In this document: positions 8,473 through 18,001 of the stretch, one piece after another
Layout of the letters: each line of letters starts with the position of its first letter
How positions within the stretch are numbered: position 1 is the first letter of the stretch
Origin: Patescibacteria group bacterium
GTDB taxonomy: Bacteria; Patescibacteriota; Minisyncoccia; Phycocordibacterales; VMEP01
Assembly (NCBI GenBank): GCA_038065675.1
Contig: JBBTQM010000023.1
Coordinates: forward strand, 1-46,698
DNA length: 46,698 nt
Direction of reading: 5' to 3'
Notes under the pieces: model-generated
What the model saw: the letters and a program-made list of their open reading frames with translations, nothing else
Database searches by the model: none
What the model was told of the DNA's origin: nothing
Made by a program: the position numbers and the translations under genes

Positions 8473-9660
8473 AGTAATTATTTTTACAAACCGGCGCTTG
8501 CCTATCCTAAGCGCCATTGGCCCATCGACAACCGGACGCTCTTTGGTGATTTTTTCTCCTTTTGTCATATTCTCAATCGCCCCCGCCTCCCTCAATCTGT
8601 TAAATTCCGACCTCGAAGAAACGGCGCCGGCATTAAGAAGAGCGTCGCCAAGCGGCGTCCCGATGTCCACGATTATTTCTTCCGCCTTCTTTGGTATTTC
8701 TTTTTTTTGAAAAGTTTTGGTGAAATTTTTATTAGCGCGCGATGCTTTTTTCTCCCCGTGATAAAGGGCGACGATTTTCCCGGCAAGCCTCATTTTCAAA
8801 TCTCTGGGGTTCGTCCCGGAAGAAATTTCTTTTTTAAACGAATTGACTTCCTCCTCCCCCGCCCTGGCGCAAAGGTTTAAATATTTCGGGATTAATTCGT
8901 CACGGATAGACATTACCTTACCAAACATATCTTCCGGAGAATCGGAAACATTTATAACATTCCCCCACGAAGAAGACATTTTGCGTCCGTCTGTTCCTTC
9001 AAGCATTTGGCAAACCACGATATCTTGTTCTTTTTTCCCATAATGTTTTTGTATCAAGCGCCCGGCTTTCAAGTTAAAAAGTTGGTCAAACCCCCCGACC
9101 TCAACGTCGGCACTGACTTTAACGGAGTCATACCCCTGCATCAAGGGATATAAAAATTCGCGAAGCGATATTTCCTCCCCGCGCTCCATGCGCTCGGCAA
9201 AATTTCTGCGGTGAGACATTTGCTGGACAGAAAAACATTCAGCAAGCTCGGCAATTTCGGCAAACTTAAGTCTTGAAAGCCACCGCGAGTTGAAGTGAAA
9301 CTCCGCTTTCTTCAGGTCAATTATTTTGCCGACTTGCGCGCGATATGTCTTTATGTTCTTTTTTATTTCTTCAAGAGAAAGTGTTGGGCGTTTTTCCAAC
9401 TTGTCAGACGGGTCGCCGATGCGGGCAGTAAAATCACCGACAATAAAAACAACGGTATGCCCCAAATCTTGAAATTCCCTGAGCTTCCACAGCACAATGG
9501 CGCGTCCGAGGTGGATATTGGGCGAGGTCGGGTCTATCCCAAGCTTCACGCGGAGAAGGTCCCCGCTTTCTATTTTTTTCTCAAGCGACTCGCGAACAAA
9601 AATCTCCTCAACACCCCAAGATAACGCTCTTTCCTTTCTTTCTTTGTCGGGATAAACCAT
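8464..9660 (-). CDS. tyrS: Tyrosine-tRNA ligase
   Basis: GIDPTSPNIHLGR (HIGH), YPLMQGYDS, GGFDQLFN, KMSSS and C-terminal S4-like IGKRRF. Confidence 0.96.
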   Translation of the reverse strand: MVYPDKERKERALSWGVEEIFVRESLEKKIESGDLLRVKLGIDPTSPNIHLGRAIVLWKLREFQDLGHTVVFIVGDFTARIGDPSDKLEKRPTLSLEEIKKNIKTYRAQVGKIIDLKKAEFHFNSRWLSRLKFAEIAELAECFSVQQMSHRRNFAERMERGEEISLREFLYPLMQGYDSVKVSADVEVGGFDQLFNLKAGRLIQKHYGKKEQDIVVCQMLEGTDGRKMSSSWGNVINVSDSPEDMFGKVMSIRDELIPKYLNLCARAGEEEVNSFKKEISSGTNPRDLKMRLAGKIVALYHGEKKASRANKNFTKTFQKKEIPKKAEEIIVDIGTPLGDALLNAGAVSSRSEFNRLREAGAIENMTKGEKITKERPVVDGPMALRIGKRRFVKIITKK

Positions 9661-9721
9661 AGAAACACTTTATCATAAAAGACGCCCATGGGAGCTCTTT
9701 GGCGTGTTATTATGGCGCCAT

Positions 9722-12244
9722 ATGCAGAGAGGAACATTTGGGCGCCCCGGAAAACACAAAAATACCATAGTTTTTGCCGCGAGCGTATGTCTTTTGGCGG
9801 GAGGCCTTGTTTTCTTATGGACAGGGTCCTTGAGGGTACCGGATTTGGGGTCTTTTGAGGGGCGTAGGGTTCTTAATTCGACAAAAATATATGATAGAAC
9901 CGGAAAAATTCTGCTTTATGACGTTCACAACAACATAAAAAGAACGGTAATCCCCCTCGAAGAAATGGGGTCCTCGGTGCAAAAAGCGACGGTTGCCATA
10001 GAAGACAGGGATTTTTACAAACATGGCGGCGTCCGCCTCACCTCAATAATCCGCGCCGTTATTGTAAATATTTTTAAGGGAAGTTTTTCACAGGGGGGTT
10101 CAACAATAACCCAGCAGGTTATTAAAAACGCCCTTCTTACGCAAGATAAAAAAGTTTCAAGAAAAATAAAAGAGTGGGTTCTTGCGGTAAAGCTTGAGCG
10201 CACAATGAGCAAGGACGATATTTTAGCCCTTTATTTAAACGAGGCTCCTTATGGCGGCAATATTTATGGCGTAAGCGAAGCCGCGCAGTTTTATTTTGGC
10301 AAAACCCCGAAAGAGCTTTCCGTCTCTGAGGCGGCGTATCTGGCCGCCTTGCCGAAAGCCCCAACATATTATTCGCCCTATGGAGAAAACCGGAAAGATC
10401 TTGATGCGCGGAAAAATCTTGTCCTTGAAAAAATGAAAGAGCTCGGTTTTATTACCGACAATGAATATAACAAATCAGTGAGGGAGGCTGTTGATTTCAT
10501 CCCCCGTGCAAGCGACAACTCTAAGGCCCTTCATTTTGTAATGTTTGTGAGAAAATATTTGGAAGAAAAATATGGGCGGGAGGCGGTTGAAAACGGCCTT
10601 AAGGTAACAACGACTCTTGATTATGATTTGCAAAAAATAGCAGAAGAAAAGGTCAAAAAATACGCCGAAGAAAACCAAACAAAATTTAACGCCAGCAACG
10701 CAAGCCTGGTCGCCATAGACCCCAAAACCGGACAAATTTTGGTTATGGTGGGTTCGCGCGACTATTTCAATAAAGACATTGACGGGAGTTTTAATGTGTC
10801 TTTGGCGCACCGCCAACCTGGTTCTGCTTTTAAGCCGATAGTTTACGCAACGGCGTTTATGAAGGGGTACACGCCGGAAACCGTTCTTTTCGACCTCCCT
10901 ACCGAATTCCAAACCACCTGCACTCCGGATGGAAAGCCAAAACCGGGAACGGACGAAAAAGATTGTTATATGCCTGAAAACTACGATGGAAAATATCGCG
11001 GGCCAATTAATTTAAGAAACGCGCTTGCTCAATCAATAAACATACCGGCAATCAAAACCCTTTACCTCGCCGGACTGGAAGATTCTCTTAAAACCGCGAG
11101 TTCTTTGGGAATTAAAAGTTTGGGGGATAAAAATAGGTATGGGCTTACCTTGGTTCTTGGCGGCGGAGAAGTGTCTCTTTTAGATTTAACTTCGGCATAT
11201 GGAGTTTTTGCCAATAATGGGGTACGTAACCCCCATGAAAAAATACTCAAAATAGAAGATTCTAAGGGGAATATTCTCGAGGAATGGAGACAAAAAGGAG
11301 AGAGAGTTATTCCCGAGAGCGTTGTTTTCCAAATAAACGACATTTTATCCGACAATATTGCCCGTGCGCCGACATTCGGGGACCGCTCCGCCCTTTATTT
11401 TCCCGGACGTGAGGTCGCCGTAAAAACGGGGACAACGAATGATTATAGGGATGCTTGGGTTTTGGGGTATACTCCGTCGCTTGTCGCCGGTGCTTGGGTT
11501 GGGAATAACGACAACACCCCGATGGAAAAAAAGGTTGCCGGTTTTATTGTCGCCCCCCTCTGGAATGAATTTATGAACGCGGCCCTCGCCCAAATACCCA
11601 AAGAAAATTTCGAAAGAACAAAAAAGGAGAATGATTTGACACTAAAACCAGTTTTAAGGGGGGTTTGGTGGGGTGGCGAAAGTTATATTATAGATAAAAT
11701 CTCCGGGAAACTTGCGACAGCGAACACCCCGAGGGAAACGATGGGCGAATTGGTAATTTCTAACCCTCACTCAATCCTTTATTGGGTTAATAAAAAAAAT
11801 CCGCTGGGCTCCCGACCGGACAATCCGGAAGAAGACCCCCAGTTTGATTTATGGGAATATCCAATATCTAAGTGGTTACTAAGCAACAAAGGGGCAATCC
11901 CGGGGGTTACCAAAGAAATTATTCCTTCTTTATATGACGACGTGCACACGGCGGAGTCCGCGCCCAAAATAACAATCATTGAGCCGTTGCCGGGAAGAAT
12001 GTTCCGTGTTGGCGATAATGTGCGGGTTGTATTAAAAAGCGACGGGAAATACCCGTTAGCCAGGGCCGACTTCTTCCTTAATAATAATCTGATAGGGTCT
12101 TCTTTTTCCCAAAATAATTTCTCGTTTACGGTAAACGAGTCGGCCTCTATTGAGGGGGAAAACGAACTTAAGGTTGTTGCTTATGATTCTGTTTATAATA
12201 ATTCACAAGAAGCGGTGGTTTTGTTGATAACTAATTCCAATTAA
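9722..12244 (+). CDS. Class A penicillin-binding protein (transglycosylase/transpeptidase) with C-terminal Ig-like domain
   Basis: EDRDFYKHGG, GGSTITQQVIKN, RKIKE, SAFK (SxxK), SIN (SxN) and KTGT motifs; start ATG 9722 or GTG 9704. Confidence 0.93.
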   Translation: MQRGTFGRPGKHKNTIVFAASVCLLAGGLVFLWTGSLRVPDLGSFEGRRVLNSTKIYDRTGKILLYDVHNNIKRTVIPLEEMGSSVQKATVAIEDRDFYKHGGVRLTSIIRAVIVNIFKGSFSQGGSTITQQVIKNALLTQDKKVSRKIKEWVLAVKLERTMSKDDILALYLNEAPYGGNIYGVSEAAQFYFGKTPKELSVSEAAYLAALPKAPTYYSPYGENRKDLDARKNLVLEKMKELGFITDNEYNKSVREAVDFIPRASDNSKALHFVMFVRKYLEEKYGREAVENGLKVTTTLDYDLQKIAEEKVKKYAEENQTKFNASNASLVAIDPKTGQILVMVGSRDYFNKDIDGSFNVSLAHRQPGSAFKPIVYATAFMKGYTPETVLFDLPTEFQTTCTPDGKPKPGTDEKDCYMPENYDGKYRGPINLRNALAQSINIPAIKTLYLAGLEDSLKTASSLGIKSLGDKNRYGLTLVLGGGEVSLLDLTSAYGVFANNGVRNPHEKILKIEDSKGNILEEWRQKGERVIPESVVFQINDILSDNIARAPTFGDRSALYFPGREVAVKTGTTNDYRDAWVLGYTPSLVAGAWVGNNDNTPMEKKVAGFIVAPLWNEFMNAALAQIPKENFERTKKENDLTLKPVLRGVWWGGESYIIDKISGKLATANTPRETMGELVISNPHSILYWVNKKNPLGSRPDNPEEDPQFDLWEYPISKWLLSNKGAIPGVTKEIIPSLYDDVHTAESAPKITIIEPLPGRMFRVGDNVRVVLKSDGKYPLARADFFLNNNLIGSSFSQNNFSFTVNESASIEGENELKVVAYDSVYNNSQEAVVLLITNSN

Positions 12245-12494
12245 TGTTTGATATATTGCGCTTTGTTTTTTTAAAAAAATAATCAACAATTTCCCTTTTT
12301 TTGATAAAAATTTCATTCTTGATTATGGATGATGTGTTTATTGAAATATTTTTTTTATTTATTTCAATTTGCTCTTTTTTAAGCATTATTCCGGTGTTTA
12401 TAAATATACTTTCAATGATTTCTTTTTTTAATAGAAGGTTGTTGTTTTTTAATTTTAAAAATTTATCAAAAAAATTTTTTATATGAGATTCCAT
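12231..12494 (-). CDS. Small basic protein, possibly DciA/DUF721-like
   Basis: Directly downstream of dnaN; I.I.TSSIIKNEIFIKKREI segment resembles the DciA KH-like fold (inference). Confidence 0.5.
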   Translation of the reverse strand: MESHIKNFFDKFLKLKNNNLLLKKEIIESIFINTGIMLKKEQIEINKKNISINTSSIIKNEIFIKKREIVDYFFKKTKRNISNINWN

Positions 12495-12498
12495 GTAA

Positions 12499-13593
12499 TC
12501 ATTTGTTCATTGGCATAATTAAGTATAAAAAAGACATATCGGAAGCACTCCTTATAAGAAGCGGTTTGTTTTGTCCGTTTAAAAATAAAGATACGCTATC
12601 TTCTGATATCGACTGTAAACAGTCCGATATGTATTTATAATTAAAGCTTGCCTCAAATTCTTCCCCGTTAATTGCTCCGTTTATCGCTATTTTACTTTCC
12701 CCAAGGTCTTGGTGTTTAGTGTAAAATTCTATTGTTTTTTGGCGCGGCTTTATGGAAACAGTAAGCTCGTTAAATTTACCGGAGAAAACGGAAACTGAGC
12801 GGAGTGATGAAATAATATCTTGTTTTAATAAAACAACCTTAGTTTTGTGTTCTTTTGGAATTATTTGTTTATAATCCGGAAATACTCCGCTTATTGTCCT
12901 TGATGTAAGATATATATTTTGATGAGAAAAGGCTATTTGGTTTTTACTTAAAAAAACAGAAATATCCCCGTCTGTTTGGTCGAATATTTTTATTATTTCA
13001 ATTATATTTTTTATTGGTATGATTGTTTCATTAAAATTTTGTGGTTTTTTTAGTTTTATTTTTTTCTCAGCGAGACGGAACGAGTCAGTGGCCACAAAAA
13101 CCATATCACCGTTATTTTCATATATATAAACGCTGGCTATCTCCGGCTTCATATCGGAAAAAGAAGCACTGTAGGAAACCGCTTTTATGGCTTGAATTAT
13201 TTTTTTTGAATCAAAAGAAAATTCTTGCCCGGAAACTATGGGTATGGTCGGAAAATCGTCTTGGGGATATGTTTTAATTATTGACTTATAGGGAGGGGCT
13301 GTTATTTCAATATTCCCTTGAACAAGTTCTATTTTTATATTTTTCGATGTTAAAGATGAAATAATTGAATTTAAAATAACTCCGTTTACCAAAACAGCTC
13401 CTTCTTTTTCTATTCTAGCCGGAATCTCAATTTCTATTCCCAAATCAAGGTTGGTTGCCCTGAGTTTTAAGGTTTTACCGCTTGCTATAATTAAAATAGA
13501 ACTAAGGGATGGTAAGGTAAGATTTTTACCGGTAATTCTTTCAACCTTAGGAATTACTTCTTTCAACCTTTCCGTTATGCATTCTATTTTCAT
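12499..13593 (-). CDS. dnaN: DNA polymerase III beta sliding clamp
   Basis: ATNLDLGI, VATDSFRLAEK, GVFPDYKQIIP, FNYKYI, YLIMPM. Confidence 0.96.
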   Translation of the reverse strand: MKIECITERLKEVIPKVERITGKNLTLPSLSSILIIASGKTLKLRATNLDLGIEIEIPARIEKEGAVLVNGVILNSIISSLTSKNIKIELVQGNIEITAPPYKSIIKTYPQDDFPTIPIVSGQEFSFDSKKIIQAIKAVSYSASFSDMKPEIASVYIYENNGDMVFVATDSFRLAEKKIKLKKPQNFNETIIPIKNIIEIIKIFDQTDGDISVFLSKNQIAFSHQNIYLTSRTISGVFPDYKQIIPKEHKTKVVLLKQDIISSLRSVSVFSGKFNELTVSIKPRQKTIEFYTKHQDLGESKIAINGAINGEEFEASFNYKYISDCLQSISEDSVSLFLNGQNKPLLIRSASDMSFLYLIMPMNK

Positions 13594-13796
13594 TTTTTTA
13601 TATAAATACTAAATTTAAAATAAAGACTGTTTATATGTGGATATATTTAAAATACTCTTTAAAATAAAAACATTTTCAATAAATTTTACCAACACCGAAT
13701 GTTCATTACTCTTTTTAACTTGTTTAAATCTTTTTTTAAATTTTAAATTTTTCATAAAAATTATTTTATTAACATATTTATCAACAAGTTAAATAA
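13594..13796. other. Candidate oriC (dnaA-dnaN intergenic region)
   Basis: Very AT-rich; degenerate DnaA boxes TGTGGATAT (13636), TTACCAACA (13686), TTATTAACA (13766), TTATCAACA (13778). Confidence 0.6.
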
Positions 13797-15146
13797 TCAA
13801 AACATAGAGCGAATTTCCTCTATTTCCTGGAGAAGGGAGTTATTTATTTTAATATCCTTTTTTATTTTTTCACATGAATGAATTACTGTTGTGTGGTCCC
13901 TCCCCCCTAATTTTTCCCCTATTGATGGATAAGAGATATTAAAATCCTCTCTTAATATATACATTGCGATTTGGCGCGGCTTAACAACCTCTTTTCTTCT
14001 TGTTTTCTCATATATTACTTTTTCTTCTATATTATAAAAATCAGCGATTGTTTTTATAATATCCTTTACAGAAGCACTTCTTTTGGGTTTTATGTTGTTT
14101 TTTATAAGGGATTTGACTTCCGGTAGGGTTAAATTTCTCCCCTTAAGTTGGGCTTGGCACACAATGGAGTTTAAGACACCTTCTAATTCCCTTATGTTTC
14201 CCTGTATAATCGAGGCCAAATATTCAAAAACATCATCTTCGGGGAAAAACCCCGAAAGCGAGGCTTTTGATTTTATTATTGCAAGCCTTGACTCATATTC
14301 CGGGAGGCCTATATCAACAATCATTCCGGCGGCAAAACGCGACCTTAATCGGTCTTCAAGCTCGGGTATGTAACTGGGGTGCTTGTCGGATGAAAATATA
14401 ATTTGCTTATTATTGTCGTATAAAGCATTGAACAAATGGAATAATTCCTCCTGGGTTTTTTCTTTTCGCGAAAGAAATTGTATATCATCCATTATAAGGA
14501 CGTCATATCTCCTGTATTTTTCTTTAAACATTTGGATTTTGTTGTTTTGGAGGGAGTTAATATAATCCATTGAAAATTTTTCGGAAGTGAGGTAGTGCAG
14601 TTTTTTCTCCTGGTATTTATTTTTTATATTATTCCCTATCGCTTGTATAAGGTGGGTTTTACCCAACCCGGTTCCACCATATATAAAAAGCGGGTTATAA
14701 ATCATTCCCAACTTATCTATAACGGCCTGTGAGGCGGCATAGGCCAACTCATTGAACGAGCCGATAATAAAAGACTCAAAAGAATATTTCGGGTTTAAGT
14801 TGTCTTCTTTGTTTATGTAAAGGTCGGAAAGGGGCAGTTCTCTGGAAAAAGACAAAGAAGAAGAGAACACTGGCGATGTTTTTGTTTTCTCTATATCCCT
14901 TACGACCAAATATTCCACCCCCCGGACCTTTTCTGAAACATTGCGCAGGGCCCCCAAGATAAATTTGTGGTATTTGTTGGTCAGCCAATCTCGGACGAAT
15001 TCGTTTGGCACCCCCACAAACACAACCCCCTCCTCCGCTTTGGTGATACGGGTGTTTTTAAACCAAGTATTGAAGTTTGCTTTTGAAACACTTAATTCTA
15101 TTTCGGTTAATGCGCTATCCCAGAGCTCTTTTGTGTCCGTAATCAT
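13797..15146 (-). CDS. dnaA: Chromosomal replication initiator DnaA
   Basis: NPLFIYGGTGLGKTHL, DDIQFL, RLRSRF, NIRELEG, GGRDHTTVIHS. Confidence 0.98.
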   Translation of the reverse strand: MITDTKELWDSALTEIELSVSKANFNTWFKNTRITKAEEGVVFVGVPNEFVRDWLTNKYHKFILGALRNVSEKVRGVEYLVVRDIEKTKTSPVFSSSLSFSRELPLSDLYINKEDNLNPKYSFESFIIGSFNELAYAASQAVIDKLGMIYNPLFIYGGTGLGKTHLIQAIGNNIKNKYQEKKLHYLTSEKFSMDYINSLQNNKIQMFKEKYRRYDVLIMDDIQFLSRKEKTQEELFHLFNALYDNNKQIIFSSDKHPSYIPELEDRLRSRFAAGMIVDIGLPEYESRLAIIKSKASLSGFFPEDDVFEYLASIIQGNIRELEGVLNSIVCQAQLKGRNLTLPEVKSLIKNNIKPKRSASVKDIIKTIADFYNIEEKVIYEKTRRKEVVKPRQIAMYILREDFNISYPSIGEKLGGRDHTTVIHSCEKIKKDIKINNSLLQEIEEIRSMF

Positions 15147-15262
15147 AATAGTGTTCAGGTGGTGTTATTATATGTTTTTATGAGATATGGACAAAATTTA
15201 GTTTTTGTTTACAACGTGTTAATAAGTTGTTAACATGTTATACCGATTAACATAAAAATCAA

Positions 15263-15291
15263 TTGATTTTTTAGATTTTTCGTTATAGAAT
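15263..15291 (+). promoter_or_regulatory. rpmH promoter (leaderless spacing)
   Basis: TTGATT-17 bp-TAGAAT, 6 nt before ATG 15298. Confidence 0.55.
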
Positions 15292-15297
15292 TTTTTT

Positions 15298-15432
15298 ATG
15301 TCAAGAACATATAACCCCAAAAAGAAGAAAAGAGCTAAAACACATGGATTTTTGGTCCGCATGCGCTCCAAGGGAGGGAAAAGGGCAATTTCCAGGCGCA
15401 GAAAAAAGGGAAGAAAAAAACTTTCCCCATAA
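15298..15432 (+). CDS. rpmH: 50S ribosomal protein L34
   Basis: [44 protein letters not shown]; canonical position divergent from dnaA. Confidence 0.95.
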   Translation: MSRTYNPKKKKRAKTHGFLVRMRSKGGKRAISRRRKKGRKKLSP

Positions 15433-15437
15433 AACTA

Positions 15438-15764
15438 ATGCTTCCAAGGGCCAGCCGCGTTTCGAAGAGTCTTTTTTTGGAATTTTTAAAAAAAGGAAGG
15501 GTTTTTAACTCCCCCCACGTATCATGCCGTGTCGTGATGACACCGGGGGAACAAAGATTTTCGGTCGTTGTTCTTAAGGGTGTGGCAAAAGCCGCCGTGG
15601 ACAGAAATAAAATCAGGAGGCGCGGGTATGGCTTGATAAAGAAAAATATTTATTTAATACCGAAAGACAACTCAGTTATTTTTTTTATAAATAAAAAAAT
15701 CGGGATTAAGGAGCTTGAGAAGGGGTTTTTAATTCTCATCTCAAAACTCAAAACCAAAACTTAA
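15438..15764 (+). CDS. rnpA: Ribonuclease P protein component
   Basis: KAAVDRNKIRRR (RNR motif); follows rpmH. Confidence 0.9.
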   Translation: MLPRASRVSKSLFLEFLKKGRVFNSPHVSCRVVMTPGEQRFSVVVLKGVAKAAVDRNKIRRRGYGLIKKNIYLIPKDNSVIFFINKKIGIKELEKGFLILISKLKTKT

Positions 15765-15776
15765 AAGGAATATCCA

Positions 15777-16016
15777 ATGTCTCGCTTTATAATTTTAACC
15801 ATTGCCGCGTATCAAAAATTTTTTTCTCCCGAAACGGGAATATTGACCATTTCAATTTTTGGAGAGCAAAAAATATGCCCGTTTTATCCATCCTGTTCTG
15901 AATATATGAAACAGTCGGTTTTATCTCATGGCGCGGCGAAAGGAATTTTTTTTGGGATAAAGCGGCTGGCGCGATGCCACCCGTTTCAAGCGCCGCGCAT
16001 TGATCATATTAAATAA
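15777..16016 (+). CDS. yidD: Membrane protein insertion efficiency factor YidD
   Basis: CPFYPSCSEY...HG...RLARCHPF. Confidence 0.92.
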   Translation: MSRFIILTIAAYQKFFSPETGILTISIFGEQKICPFYPSCSEYMKQSVLSHGAAKGIFFGIKRLARCHPFQAPRIDHIK

Positions 16017-16043
16017 AAATCCCCAAGAGATTATAATATCCCA

Positions 16044-16790
16044 ATGATTCACTCAATATGGAACACAATTTTCTACGAACCGCTTTATAACGGTCTTATT
16101 TTTTTAGTCGGGGTTCTTCCTGGGGAAAGCGCCGCCGCGGCCATAGTAATACTTACTATCGCCGTTAAATTCCTCCTTTACCCGCTGTCCAAGAAGTCGT
16201 CCTCAACCCAGATAAAAATGCGCGCGATAGAAGGAGATATAGCCGCCATAAAAGAGAAAAAGAAGGGAGACAAGGAGGCGATTGCCAAAGAAACAATGGC
16301 TCTTTATAAGGAGCACGGCATTAACCCGTTTTCCGGCTGTCTTACCGCCCTTATACAACTCCCCATCATTATCGCGCTTTATTTTGTTTTTTTAAAAGGG
16401 CTCGTTCACCAAGAAGGGGTGCTTTATCAATTTATTGAGTTCCCCGGCCATATTGACATGGTTTTTCTGGGAGTTATTGATCTCGCGAAAAAGAGTTTGG
16501 TTTTAGCGATTTTAGCCGCCGCCGCCCAATATTTGCAGTCAATTTACACAATACCAAAACAAAAAACACCGGAAAACAGTAAGGCTTCTTTTGCCGACGA
16601 GTTCTCCCGGAGCATGAACATGCAAATAAAGTATTTTATACCGGTTCTTATTGGATTCGTCGCCTATTCAACATCAGCCGCCGTCGCGTTGTATTTCATT
16701 GTGAGCAGTATTTTCACCATTGCCCAGGAATATTTAGTACAGAGAGACCACAGAAACACGGCTCCGTTGCCCGCTAAGGGAGCTCGATAG
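16044..16790 (+). CDS. yidC: Membrane protein insertase YidC
   Basis: AIVILTIAVKFLLYPL, LYKEHGINPFSGCL..LIQLPI, ALYFIVSSIFTIAQ. Confidence 0.93.
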   Translation: MIHSIWNTIFYEPLYNGLIFLVGVLPGESAAAAIVILTIAVKFLLYPLSKKSSSTQIKMRAIEGDIAAIKEKKKGDKEAIAKETMALYKEHGINPFSGCLTALIQLPIIIALYFVFLKGLVHQEGVLYQFIEFPGHIDMVFLGVIDLAKKSLVLAILAAAAQYLQSIYTIPKQKTPENSKASFADEFSRSMNMQIKYFIPVLIGFVAYSTSAAVALYFIVSSIFTIAQEYLVQRDHRNTAPLPAKGAR

Positions 16791-17994
16791 ACCAAAGAGA
16801 GCCGTCGCTTTTATTTATAAAAATTAAATACTCACTGTTTTTGCTTACGGACAACCTTACCGCGTCCACCATCCCGAGGGTGTCGCGTTCCAGGTCGGTT
16901 ATTATGGTTCCCAGCCCCCGCTCCGGGTCAATGAGCCAAATTCGGTCGGAGAATGAGATTGCTCCTTGATACCAAGAATCGGGCAATGGTTCGTCCGGGA
17001 GGGAGCGCGGTACGGCACAATATATTTTCGCGCTCCCGTTTGCCCAAACACATTTTTCAGGAAGAGTTCGGTTATCAAAAAACAAAGTTGTTTTTTCTTT
17101 AATATTGTAAATTCCCAAAGAAAGCGCGTTGTCGGCGGAAGACCCAAAAAGGATAAATTTGCCGTCCGGACTCATAAAAGAAGCAAGCCCCGGTGAGGCC
17201 ATAAGATCCCCGAGTTTTTTGGTCGCGACAGTCAATCCGTAAGACCAGCCCATTATCCCCCGCGACGGCTTTGTTGTGAGCACAATAGTTTTTTCTTCCG
17301 GCCATGATGGCAACCACTCGGTCATATAAGAATTGAATATTTGCGTCTTGTTTTCATTTTGGGTTCCGGAGACGAACCCGACGGAACCGTTGCTGAATTT
17401 TTCTATATAAAATATTTTTTTACCGTCAGGAGACACGGAAATCGTCCCGATTCCTCTCGGCAAAAACACTCCCTTAAGTTCTCCCCCCTCGCTTCCTTCT
17501 ATTCCCCCCTGCGGAATTTTTGCAGAGTACGTTTCTATTGTTGTTCCGTTGTCGTTTAAATATCGCAAAAGGACGGTGTCGCCGCCGCTCGCGAAGATTG
17601 CTTCCCCAACACGCGGTATCGTTGTATTGGTGATGCGTTTACCGGCGCTTTCGTTTGCCGCTATTTCATAAATATGCCCGGTGGCGCGTTCCACATACCT
17701 AACAAGCGTCGTGCTCGCATTGTTGATTATGGTGAATCCCGAAACAGGGGTTCGTGATAGTACCCGTATTTTTTTCTTGCCCGAATCGCTGGGCTCTCCC
17801 GATGGTGGTCTTACCGTGCCATCTTTTGATGGGGCGCCGGCGTCCGGAGACTCACCGAAAGGAAGAAAATTATCCGTTGGTTCCAATTCTTCAATAACAG
17901 GAGCCCCGCCATAAAGAGAGAAAAACCAAAATGCTCCGGCGGTCGCGGCGACGGCAAGAAGTATCAGTGTTATTGTGAAAGATGTTTTTGACAT
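16774..17994 (-). CDS. Membrane-anchored beta-propeller (TolB/WD40-like) protein at the end of the T4SS-like operon
   Basis: N-terminal TM helix; SPDGKKI and SPDGKFI blade motifs. Confidence 0.65.
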   Translation of the reverse strand: MSKTSFTITLILLAVAATAGAFWFFSLYGGAPVIEELEPTDNFLPFGESPDAGAPSKDGTVRPPSGEPSDSGKKKIRVLSRTPVSGFTIINNASTTLVRYVERATGHIYEIAANESAGKRITNTTIPRVGEAIFASGGDTVLLRYLNDNGTTIETYSAKIPQGGIEGSEGGELKGVFLPRGIGTISVSPDGKKIFYIEKFSNGSVGFVSGTQNENKTQIFNSYMTEWLPSWPEEKTIVLTTKPSRGIMGWSYGLTVATKKLGDLMASPGLASFMSPDGKFILFGSSADNALSLGIYNIKEKTTLFFDNRTLPEKCVWANGSAKIYCAVPRSLPDEPLPDSWYQGAISFSDRIWLIDPERGLGTIITDLERDTLGMVDAVRLSVSKNSEYLIFINKSDGSLWSIELP

Positions 17995-18001
17995 TGGTGT
18001 T

